This document shows, piece after piece, positions 56,486 through 64,000 of a DNA stretch of 64,000 bases; position 1 is the first letter of the stretch; each line of letters opens with the position of its first letter. Under the pieces are notes generated by a model, which did not search any database, had not been told where the DNA came from, and was given only the letters and a program-made list of their open reading frames with translations. The stretch covers positions 310 to 64,309 of the IMG/VR virus record IMGVR_UViG_3300042935_000900; one strand, written 5' to 3'. Position numbers and translations under genes: made by a program. Source of the DNA: a virus. Taxonomy: Duplodnaviria; Caudoviricetes.

Positions 56486-58585
56486 ATGGCAAAAGCATCA
56501 AGATTTTTTAAGATCGACGACGACATATTGATGGAGGTAATTTACCACGATCAGTCAAATCCATCTGCGTACGCAATTGAAACAGATAACAATGGTAGTG
56601 AAATGTATTTTATCGGTACAGATGGTGTTACCGGTGGTCAAAAATTATTGGTTCATGAATTAGGTTCATCGGTTGTAAACTTCGAGGTGACAGAAGATCA
56701 AGCTAATAAATTTCTAGTGGTTGAAAATATTACTAATAGAAGTTTAGTACTAGCTCCAGGAAATACTTATCAATTTGATGTATCAGCTTTGACAAATCCT
56801 ACAAGTTTTGATATTACTGATACTACATTGGGTACCAAAAGCTATAGCGCAGGAATTTTTAGTTATACTCCAACAAAAACAGGAGAATACAAATATACTT
56901 ATACTGATACTGTAACTAGTACAATTACTGGTTTACCAATTCCTTTGGTTTATAACCAAGGTAAAGTTTCAGTCATGTTAAAAGCCAATCCTTTGTATGC
57001 AATACCAAATGAAGACACTGGAAATAATATTAACACTGGACCTGGACAGCCAAACAGATACCATGGTGTTGCTGTTAACGAAGAAAGAACTAAATTTGCT
57101 TTATTAGATAGCACATGGAATTACATTCAAAATAGTGGTGATTGGGTTGGAGATAGTTATGCAACTATTTTAGCTTCGCTACCATATAATAGTCTTAATA
57201 CAAATTCAGTCGTTTATGAAACTATCAGATTGCATTTAAGATCAGGTTACAATTTTGCTGGTCGTGGTTATGAAGGATTCTTATTTGAGGTTAGAGTACC
57301 AAGAATAAGTGGTATCATGAATAACTTTACTCAGATTGTTTATTTGAACTCATCAAATTATGAACTTCAAAATCCTGAGCCATTTATTTTATCAGAAACA
57401 CTTTATTCTAAGTTTATTGAAATTAAAGTGCCTTCATTAAAAGACTTAGATCCTGATTTTGCTGAGCTATTCTTTGGACTTGCAGCTTCTGGAAATGAAG
57501 TTGATCCTACTGCACAATATGACATTAGTTTTAAATTAATTGACACTTATAAAACACTAGGTGGTTTTGATTTTATCGAAACAGCAGAAGAAACTAATTT
57601 TGCTTTGGCAATCGAAGATGAGTTTATTGATATTTCAGCTAGTGTTACAGAATCAACAGAAGGAGATTATTTTGAAATGGTAGGTTTATATAATGGATCT
57701 GCTGCATCATTCAATAGTTATATTACAAATAGAATTAATACATCTTCAGACGACATAACTGTTTCTCATGATATTACTATATTTGAACAAATCGGTAATT
57801 CATTTATAAAGACGTTTCAAACTACGTTTAATCAAACTCAAGATTTTGATGAGCCTATTACATTTAGACCTATCATTAAAAATGCAGCTGGTGCAGTTTC
57901 TTTTACAATTGATTATACACTTAGAGTTTATAACGAAACCGATAATACTCAAATTGTAAAAAATTCAAGTTGGAATAGCTTAAACTCTATTAACAAATGG
58001 ACACCTACCAAATTTGGTAAGAAGTTACAAAACATAGTTCTTAAGAATTCAAATGTTGAAACTAAGGTTTACAATAAATTGCCAATGATGAATATGGCAA
58101 CAGCTACAGAAAAAGCTATGAACTTGAATCCAATTCAAAGTCAAGTAAAATATGTACAGAACTTTACTGAAAGAGTTAACGTAGTAACAAGTAATTCATC
58201 TGTTAATATTAATGCTGGAACTGCTTTAGAAACTTCAGCAACTGCATTCGTTGGAGAAGGACTTGCCGAAATTTCTATTTCACCAGTTGACACTTTCATT
58301 AAATTTAAAGTAGCAAAAGAGGTTGATGGCGATTTAGAAGCTGTAAACCTTACTAATGCTGAAACACTATATTTATTTTTTAGTGATGGTGCAGGAAAAA
58401 GAGTTAAGTTTGCCAATACACAGGAATACAAAGCAATTGATTCTTCAATGGGAGAAATCTTATTTAAAGTAGACGAAGGCAATGCTAATATTGTCAGAGG
58501 CTTTGTTAATAAACAATTTTATATCACAATACACAACGGATCTAATGAGACTATGTTGTATAGTGGAAAATTCAAGAACGCATAA
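56486..58585 (+). CDS. virion structural protein
   Basis: 699 aa; function from context only. Confidence 0.55.
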   Translation: MAKASRFFKIDDDILMEVIYHDQSNPSAYAIETDNNGSEMYFIGTDGVTGGQKLLVHELGSSVVNFEVTEDQANKFLVVENITNRSLVLAPGNTYQFDVSALTNPTSFDITDTTLGTKSYSAGIFSYTPTKTGEYKYTYTDTVTSTITGLPIPLVYNQGKVSVMLKANPLYAIPNEDTGNNINTGPGQPNRYHGVAVNEERTKFALLDSTWNYIQNSGDWVGDSYATILASLPYNSLNTNSVVYETIRLHLRSGYNFAGRGYEGFLFEVRVPRISGIMNNFTQIVYLNSSNYELQNPEPFILSETLYSKFIEIKVPSLKDLDPDFAELFFGLAASGNEVDPTAQYDISFKLIDTYKTLGGFDFIETAEETNFALAIEDEFIDISASVTESTEGDYFEMVGLYNGSAASFNSYITNRINTSSDDITVSHDITIFEQIGNSFIKTFQTTFNQTQDFDEPITFRPIIKNAAGAVSFTIDYTLRVYNETDNTQIVKNSSWNSLNSINKWTPTKFGKKLQNIVLKNSNVETKVYNKLPMMNMATATEKAMNLNPIQSQVKYVQNFTERVNVVTSNSSVNINAGTALETSATAFVGEGLAEISISPVDTFIKFKVAKEVDGDLEAVNLTNAETLYLFFSDGAGKRVKFANTQEYKAIDSSMGEILFKVDEGNANIVRGFVNKQFYITIHNGSNETMLYSGKFKNA

Positions 58586-59136
58586 TGATTTTAAATTCTA
58601 GAAATAATCTATTTGAATTTAAGTTTCCTAGGAAATTTATACCTGAAGAAGTAGCTGCCAAATATAAAAGTTATTTGAACAGAATACCAGGTTCTGTCCT
58701 TAGTGAACCTATTGATTATATTAATTATAGTATTCAAGGAATCTCAATGCCAGGAATTGCGTTTGATCCAGTTGAACAAAACTTTAATGATGGTACTACA
58801 ACATATCACAGAGGTGCTATTCCAATTCAAAATACAATTAACAGAGAGTTTTCTGTTACCATGCAACTTTTAGATGGTTTTATTAACTATTGGATCATGT
58901 TAGACACTTTGCTTTATTATTATAGTAAAGATGTTAAAGAGCCATTTATCCAAGATGTTAGTCTTAATATTCTAGACGCTGAGGGAAATATCTTAGCAAC
59001 TGCTAAGTTTGAAAAGCTAATCTTTAAAGAACTAGGTGAACTTGAATTAAATATGAGTACTAACGTTGCTCAGTTTTCTACATTCGATTGCACATTTAAT
59101 TATAATAAATTCAACCTTAAAATAGAGTTGGATTAA
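58585..59136 (+). CDS. tail tube-fold protein (gp19/gp3-like)
   Basis: IQGISMPGI, FSVTMQL.DG.INY and F.TF.C.F.Y pattern. Confidence 0.5.
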   Translation: MILNSRNNLFEFKFPRKFIPEEVAAKYKSYLNRIPGSVLSEPIDYINYSIQGISMPGIAFDPVEQNFNDGTTTYHRGAIPIQNTINREFSVTMQLLDGFINYWIMLDTLLYYYSKDVKEPFIQDVSLNILDAEGNILATAKFEKLIFKELGELELNMSTNVAQFSTFDCTFNYNKFNLKIELD

Positions 59137-59139
59137 TCT

Positions 59140-59147
59140 GATATATA
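59140..59147 (+). promoter_or_regulatory. late-type promoter GATATATA, 4 nt before ATG
   Basis: GATATATA-ctat-ATG(59152). Confidence 0.65.
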
Positions 59148-59151
59148 CTAT

Positions 59152-59517
59152 ATGAAAACATTCATTGAACACTTACAAGAAACCGTTAATCCCGATATCA
59201 AGGCTTTAAATGAAGCCCTACAGGAAGAATGGTCTCCTGAATTAGAGTCAAAGGTTGATGCTGCTATTTCAGAATGGTTAAAGCAATACACTGATGAGTC
59301 TGGTAAAATTGATTTGGAAAGATTCAACGAAGAAATTACTAATGAAGGCTTTTTAGGAAGTATCTTAGGAGGACTTACAGGATTTGCATTAGGTAAATCA
59401 ATTGGTAAAGTTATCGCTAATGTATTAGGCATACAATCTGGCGTTTTATTTGATCTTTTAACCTCAAGATTAGTTGGAGCTGCCTTAGGCTCTGCTCTTG
59501 GTTCACGCGTAATTTAA
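59152..59517 (+). CDS. putative internal head protein, leader MKTFIEHLQE, with glycine-zipper C-terminus
   Basis: T4 IP-like leader; GFLGSILGGLTGFALG and GAALGSALG. Confidence 0.6.
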   Translation: MKTFIEHLQETVNPDIKALNEALQEEWSPELESKVDAAISEWLKQYTDESGKIDLERFNEEITNEGFLGSILGGLTGFALGKSIGKVIANVLGIQSGVLFDLLTSRLVGAALGSALGSRVI

Positions 59518-60173
59518 TGAACATAGTTTCAATTGACTTCTCTATAAATTCCCCAGGAATTTGTATTTACAACACCATTGACCAGAATTACATTTTTGTT
59601 TCTTACCTAAAACCCAAAACGGGAACGAAGGCAGAACAAAAGATGCAAGACGACATGTCAATCTTAGAAGGTTGTGTGATGGTTAAACAACCAAACTTTG
59701 CAGCTCAAACTGAATTTTCAGAAGGAGAACTTGCAAAGATCTTAAAATACAAGACCATCTCAAAGGATATTATTAATATCATCTTAACTCACACCAGGTG
59801 GGAAGATCCATACTTATTTGCTTTTGAAGGCTCTTCTTACGGATCAAGTGCTGGCACAAATAACATTATTGACATGGCAGCCGCAGCAGCTATCCTAAAA
59901 TTAGAGATTATAAATACCATAGGTCCTAAAGATATTATGACTATTGCCCCTTCAACTATCAAGAAACATGCTGGTAAGGGTAATATGAAGAAAGATGAAC
60001 TATGGGGTAAATTCTTAGAAAATTGTTTGAACGATCCAAATCTTGAGTCTCATCCTATTTTTGAGTTTGTTAAAACTTTGGGAGTTTGCAAAAAAGTGCC
60101 GAAACCCCTTGATGACTTAATTGACGCTTATTTCCTGAATCACTTAGTTGGGTCTAAATTGGTCCAAACCTAA
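59517..60173 (+). CDS. RuvC-like Holliday junction resolvase
   Basis: SIDFS, FEG, APSTIKK..GKGN..K and DDLIDAY. Confidence 0.75.
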   Translation: MNIVSIDFSINSPGICIYNTIDQNYIFVSYLKPKTGTKAEQKMQDDMSILEGCVMVKQPNFAAQTEFSEGELAKILKYKTISKDIINIILTHTRWEDPYLFAFEGSSYGSSAGTNNIIDMAAAAAILKLEIINTIGPKDIMTIAPSTIKKHAGKGNMKKDELWGKFLENCLNDPNLESHPIFEFVKTLGVCKKVPKPLDDLIDAYFLNHLVGSKLVQT

Positions 60174-60296
60174 TCTACCTTCTGGCTTAAAGACTTTAAT
60201 TATATGCTAGTGCTGAAAAACTGTTTCAAAAAAAGTGAAAATAATTTAATATTTTTAAAATAGTTCTTTGGGGCCTCATTTTTTTAACAGTAGACG

Positions 60297-60304
60297 GATA
60301 TATA
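60297..60304 (+). promoter_or_regulatory. late-type promoter GATATATA
   Basis: In the long intergenic region upstream of the SSB gene. Confidence 0.55.
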
Positions 60305-60358
60305 GAAGGTGATACTTTATGTATAAGCTCCAATCCCGGGTTATCTTTCACTATTTTT

Positions 60359-60386
60359 GAAACATATCTTAGGGTACACGGTATAA
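60359..60386 (+). promoter_or_regulatory. GAAAC-N17-GTATAA promoter
   Basis: Recurring motif, upstream of the SSB gene. Confidence 0.6.
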
Positions 60387-60459
60387 GTATTGTTATCGCA
60401 CTTAAAGGCATTAACGCAATTAATAATTAAAGAACTAAACAATTTAAAGAATTAAAGAC

Positions 60460-61392
60460 ATGGCAGAATTTGACATCTTCAATCTTGGGGTCGACGCAGT
60501 TGACACCCACGCAGTACAAACAACTTCTAACTCAGAAGTGTACAAACCTACCGCAGATGACGGTAAAGACGGAACCTACAAAGCACTTATCCGCTTCGTA
60601 CCTAATCCAAAAAACCCACGTAACTCACTAGTTAAAAAGTATGTACATTGGTTGACTGACGCTTCAGGCGAAGGTAAACTAGTTGACTCACCTACTTCTA
60701 TCGGTGAAAAGTGTCCAATTGCAGATGCATTCTGGAAACTACGTAAATCAGACTCAGCTGTAGATCGTAAGATCTCTGAGAAATTAAAAAGACGTGAACA
60801 GTATTACGCTCTTATCAAAATCATTAAAGATCCACAAAATCCTGATTTCGAAGGAACATATAAGATCTTTAAATTTGGTTACAAAATCAAAGAAAAGATT
60901 GACGCAGAATTGAAACCAGACTTTGGTGAACCAACTCAAATCTTTGACCTTTTTGAAGGCAAAAACTTCGAGTTAATCATCACTCGTCAAGGTGAATTCA
61001 ATAACTACGATAAATCAAAATTCTCATCAGCCCGCTCACCAATCACAATTGATGGTAAAGCAGCAGAACGCAATGCAGAATTTATGGCTTCTATCAAAGA
61101 AGAAATCACATCAGCACCAGATTTAACAGCTTACGAATACCAAGTATGGGATGACCAAACTAGAGACTTCGTTAATGCAACATTACGTCAATATTTGACA
61201 CCAGGTGGATCAGCAATGGACGAGCTAACAAGCTCAGCTCCAAAGAAAAAAGCTGCACCAAGCAAAGCTGCTGCAACAGCAAGTGAGGATTTCGATTTAG
61301 AAATGACTACTTCTGCACCATCAGCAACTGCAACTGTTAACTCAAGTGATGCTGACGATTTAGATTCATTCTTGAACGACTTAGACATTTAA
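60460..61392 (+). CDS. single-stranded DNA-binding protein (T4 gp32-like)
   Basis: ALIRFVP, CPI, FKFG.KI..KI, FD..EG.NF, NYDKSKF and acidic tail DDLDSFLNDL. Confidence 0.9.
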   Translation: MAEFDIFNLGVDAVDTHAVQTTSNSEVYKPTADDGKDGTYKALIRFVPNPKNPRNSLVKKYVHWLTDASGEGKLVDSPTSIGEKCPIADAFWKLRKSDSAVDRKISEKLKRREQYYALIKIIKDPQNPDFEGTYKIFKFGYKIKEKIDAELKPDFGEPTQIFDLFEGKNFELIITRQGEFNNYDKSKFSSARSPITIDGKAAERNAEFMASIKEEITSAPDLTAYEYQVWDDQTRDFVNATLRQYLTPGGSAMDELTSSAPKKKAAPSKAAATASEDFDLEMTTSAPSATATVNSSDADDLDSFLNDLDI

Positions 61393-61394
61393 CA

Positions 61395-62459
61395 ATGGCT
61401 AATATCAGTGATGATTTAAAAGATAAAATCCGTCAACTGGTTAAAGAAGTCGTTGTTCAAGAACATACAAACTCACAGAAACAAATGATTAAGGAAATGC
61501 CAGGGCGATTAGCTCTGGCATGCCCTTTTTGTGGTGATTCAACTAAAGATGGCTTAAAGAAACGTGGCAATCTTTTTTGGGACACCTTGCAATATCACTG
61601 CTACAATTGTGGAGAACATAGTGATGTACATGCATTCTTAAAACATTTTGGCTTTAGACTAAGTTCATCGGAAGATTCATTGGCAGTAATTGATATTGTC
61701 AAAGAAAATCGTATGTCAGTTGCCAGAACAGAATCACTTCAACATGCTGTCCTTTTACAAGCAGCAGAATTAGCAATTCCAATTCAAGACTTTAAAAAAT
61801 TAACAGGAGCAGTAAGCATTGAGCCTGGAGATTTTGCGTGGTTTTATTTAAAAGGACGTATGTTGCATTATATGTGTGATGACTTTCTTTATCAACCCAA
61901 GAATAAAAAACTCTTGATCTTAAATCGAGTTCCTGGTAAAAATGCCATTTTAGGCTATCAAGCTCGTGGTATAGGATCTTATAAAAGCAAGTACTTGACA
62001 TTTGAATTAAGTAAAATGTATGAAGACTTTGGCTTAGAATTCCCGGAAATGATACCTGAAAACAAAGAAACCCTAAATAGGATCTCAACCCTATTTGGTA
62101 TTATGAGCATCGACTTTGGTCGCTCTTTTACTTTGTTTGAAGGACCAATTGATGCTAAGTTTATGAAGAACACTATAGGACTCGCAACTGTTGGTAGAAA
62201 TACTGATGAGTTTGATGAGATTCAAACAGTTAGATACTTCATGGACAATGACGAAGCTGGTAAAAAGAAGATGATTGAAAAGCTTAAGAAGGGCAAATCA
62301 GTGTTTTTATGGTCTAAATTTCTTTCTGATGCAAATATAGATACATATATAAAGGATCTAAATGATCTGGTAAAGTATTGTGCCGAAACAAAGAATAAAC
62401 ACTTAAATAAGATTAATGACTATTTTAGTAACTCTAGTTTCGATATGTACCATATATGA
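61395..62459 (+). CDS. DNA primase (T4 gp61-like)
   Basis: CPFCGDS...CYNC zinc finger, GYQAR, EGPIDA and MDNDEAG TOPRIM motifs, KDLND. Confidence 0.85.
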   Translation: MANISDDLKDKIRQLVKEVVVQEHTNSQKQMIKEMPGRLALACPFCGDSTKDGLKKRGNLFWDTLQYHCYNCGEHSDVHAFLKHFGFRLSSSEDSLAVIDIVKENRMSVARTESLQHAVLLQAAELAIPIQDFKKLTGAVSIEPGDFAWFYLKGRMLHYMCDDFLYQPKNKKLLILNRVPGKNAILGYQARGIGSYKSKYLTFELSKMYEDFGLEFPEMIPENKETLNRISTLFGIMSIDFGRSFTLFEGPIDAKFMKNTIGLATVGRNTDEFDEIQTVRYFMDNDEAGKKKMIEKLKKGKSVFLWSKFLSDANIDTYIKDLNDLVKYCAETKNKHLNKINDYFSNSSFDMYHI

Positions 62460-62671
62460 AAAAAACATTTGAACAAAGCATGCTCGACTCACTCGAGGAA
62501 TTTAACAATGATAAACAAAGACACAGCAAGAATTTTAGATTGCTAATAGGCTTCGATGTGCCTCAATACAATTATTCTAGTCCAACGTTTAACATACCTC
62601 AAAAGCCCAAGAACCCTAAGAAAAGAATCGCCGATAAATATACAAAGCCCGGTAAGAACTCACTTTTTTAA
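62456..62671 (+). CDS. small hypothetical protein
   Basis: 71 aa with ATGA coupling. Confidence 0.6.
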   Translation: MKKTFEQSMLDSLEEFNNDKQRHSKNFRLLIGFDVPQYNYSSPTFNIPQKPKNPKKRIADKYTKPGKNSLF

Positions 62672-62681
62672 AACAATATAG

Positions 62682-63101
62682 ATGTCAAATAAAATAATAG
62701 AGCTTGATGAAAAATTAGCTACTGAGAGAGGAAGTTGGACCGAAAAGATAACTGAATTAGCTAAAAGAATCAAGTACATAAACGGTTTAGAGGACTTAAT
62801 AGCAGAAATGTTAAGTCACCGTCAAGTCTTAGTCGATCGTTCAACTCAAATGAACATCATGATTAAGAAACAAAAATCTCGCATAGATGTTCTGTGGCGA
62901 GAGAATTTCATCAAATACTACAACTTCGACTACAAACTTACTGATAAGCAAAAAGAGCAGTTTCTTGTTGCTGACATGACAGAAGACCACCAAAAAATAG
63001 GTCTTCTAGAAGCTCAGTTAGATTTTTATAAAGAATCAGTAAAGACTCTAGATAACATGGGATTTGCTGTTCGTAATAGACTTGCTATAAAAGATCTATA
63101 A
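62682..63101 (+). CDS. uvsY: recombination mediator UvsY-like
   Basis: 139 aa helical protein; LDFYKE.VK.LDNMGF.V.N C-terminus; adjacent to UvsW. Confidence 0.65.
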   Translation: MSNKIIELDEKLATERGSWTEKITELAKRIKYINGLEDLIAEMLSHRQVLVDRSTQMNIMIKKQKSRIDVLWRENFIKYYNFDYKLTDKQKEQFLVADMTEDHQKIGLLEAQLDFYKESVKTLDNMGFAVRNRLAIKDL

Positions 63102-63127
63102 CGATAGAAAAACAACACCCAACTGGT

Positions 63128-64000
63128 GTGGAATTAACATTGACTGAAGATAGTCAATTCCTAAGAATAGATTCAGCGACTGAACTTGAATTAGAGCAAT
63201 TGAATATCACGCTTACTAGGAGAATTGAGAGCTGGAGGTTTCACCCATTAGTGAAAAAGAAGCTATGGGATGGGTATGTTTCTTATATTAAAGATAATAA
63301 GTGGATCCCTGCAGGACTTTGGAAAGAGGTTATGCAGATGTGCAAAGACTATAAGTATGAGCTAAAGTTAAATGGTGTAACTACTTTATTTGATAGAGAA
63401 ATTCAAGCTGAAGAATTTGAAGCATGGGTCAATGAATACTTTAAGGATTCTAAGATGAAACCCAGAGACTACCAGATTGATACAGCGTTTAATATTTTAA
63501 AGTTTAGAAGATGTTTAGCAGAATTAGCAACTTCTGCTGGTAAGACTCTAATCAGCTTTCTGACGATAGCGTATATGCTTGAAAAGCAAAAGGTTGAGAA
63601 GATACTATTTATTGTACCTAACGTTTCGTTGGTTGTACAAGCTACAGAAGATTTTGATGAATATAATTACAGAAATAGAACACCAATCAAGGTGCAACAA
63701 ATCTATTCTGGCCAAACTATCAAAGCCAACAGAAATGTTGTAGTTGGTACATATCAATCTCTGGTTAAAAAGCCAAAAGAATACTTTGATCAATTTGACT
63801 GTGTCATGATCGATGAAACTCACAAAGCAAAATCAGCGTCTATTAAAACCATTTTACAGAAATGTGTAAATGCCAAGTATAGATATGGATTATCAGGTAC
63901 TATTCCAAAACCAGGTACATTGGATCGTTTAACTCTTATGAGCTTCACGGGTCCAGTTATCAGTGAGGTAACTGCTAATTTTTTACAACAAGAAGGACAC
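63128..64000 (+). CDS. uvsW: UvsW-like SF2 helicase, 3'-truncated (absent from ORF track)
   Basis: GTG 63128 opens a frame to the window end: RFHP..K...WDG, PRDYQ, ATSAGKT, IVP, GTYQS, IDETH, GLSGT. Confidence 0.88.
   Translation, partial: MELTLTEDSQFLRIDSATELELEQLNITLTRRIESWRFHPLVKKKLWDGYVSYIKDNKWIPAGLWKEVMQMCKDYKYELKLNGVTTLFDREIQAEEFEAWVNEYFKDSKMKPRDYQIDTAFNILKFRRCLAELATSAGKTLISFLTIAYMLEKQKVEKILFIVPNVSLVVQATEDFDEYNYRNRTPIKVQQIYSGQTIKANRNVVVGTYQSLVKKPKEYFDQFDCVMIDETHKAKSASIKTILQKCVNAKYRYGLSGTIPKPGTLDRLTLMSFTGPVISEVTANFLQQEGH

Noticed and set aside
60226-60411. Minus-strand 61-aa ORF in the intergenic region
   Set aside because: No recognisable features or suitable start context, and it overlaps the promoter motifs
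1-64000. Giant eukaryotic virus origin, suggested by collagen, L230-like enzyme and DUF5824
   Set aside because: gp5, gp6, gp25, gp32, primase, UvsY/UvsW, bS21, bS1 and coupled operons indicate a tailed bacteriophage
1-64000. Stop-codon reassignment
   Set aside because: Standard-code ORFs tile the window almost completely with intact conserved genes
1-64000. tRNA or rRNA genes, introns, inteins, transposases
   Set aside because: None recognised by eye; intergenic gaps are short and conserved genes appear uninterrupted. tRNAscan and Infernal would be needed to exclude them formally.

Overview
AT-rich, gene-dense window with all credible genes on the + strand. It is best read as part of a large T4-like (myovirus, probably jumbo) phage infecting Bacteroidota, likely Flavobacteriia. 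The host call rests on Bacteroidota-type bS21 and bS1, A-rich translation starts without Shine-Dalgarno sequences, and TATATTT-type promoters. Layout: (1) 1-5.7 kb collagen-like fibre genes; (2) 5.7-9.0 kb an apparent collagen-modification operon: 2OG-Fe(II) oxygenase, GT4 glycosyltransferase, a COLGALT/GT25 + PLOD lysyl-hydroxylase fusion, and a HAD phosphatase; (3) 9-28 kb accessory and metabolic genes (exonuclease, DnaJ, bS21, PhoH, RNase HII, NT5C, ATP-grasp, UvsE, dCMP deaminase, DinG-like helicase), including seven tandem unrelated ORFs sharing an MKHxKxFExFxxE leader resembling the T4 capsid-targeting sequence; (4) 28.5-59.5 kb tail, baseplate and neck module with bS1 and an amidoligase embedded; (5) 59.5-64 kb RuvC-like, gp32 SSB, primase, UvsY and partial UvsW. 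Three recurring promoter-like motifs are visible: TCAA-N10-TATATTTAC, AAAC-N16/17-RTATAA and GATAHATA. Several sit so close to the ATG that they imply leaderless mRNAs. No tRNA, rRNA, CRISPR array or mobile element was seen. All protein assignments are by-eye motif recognition, not database searches.
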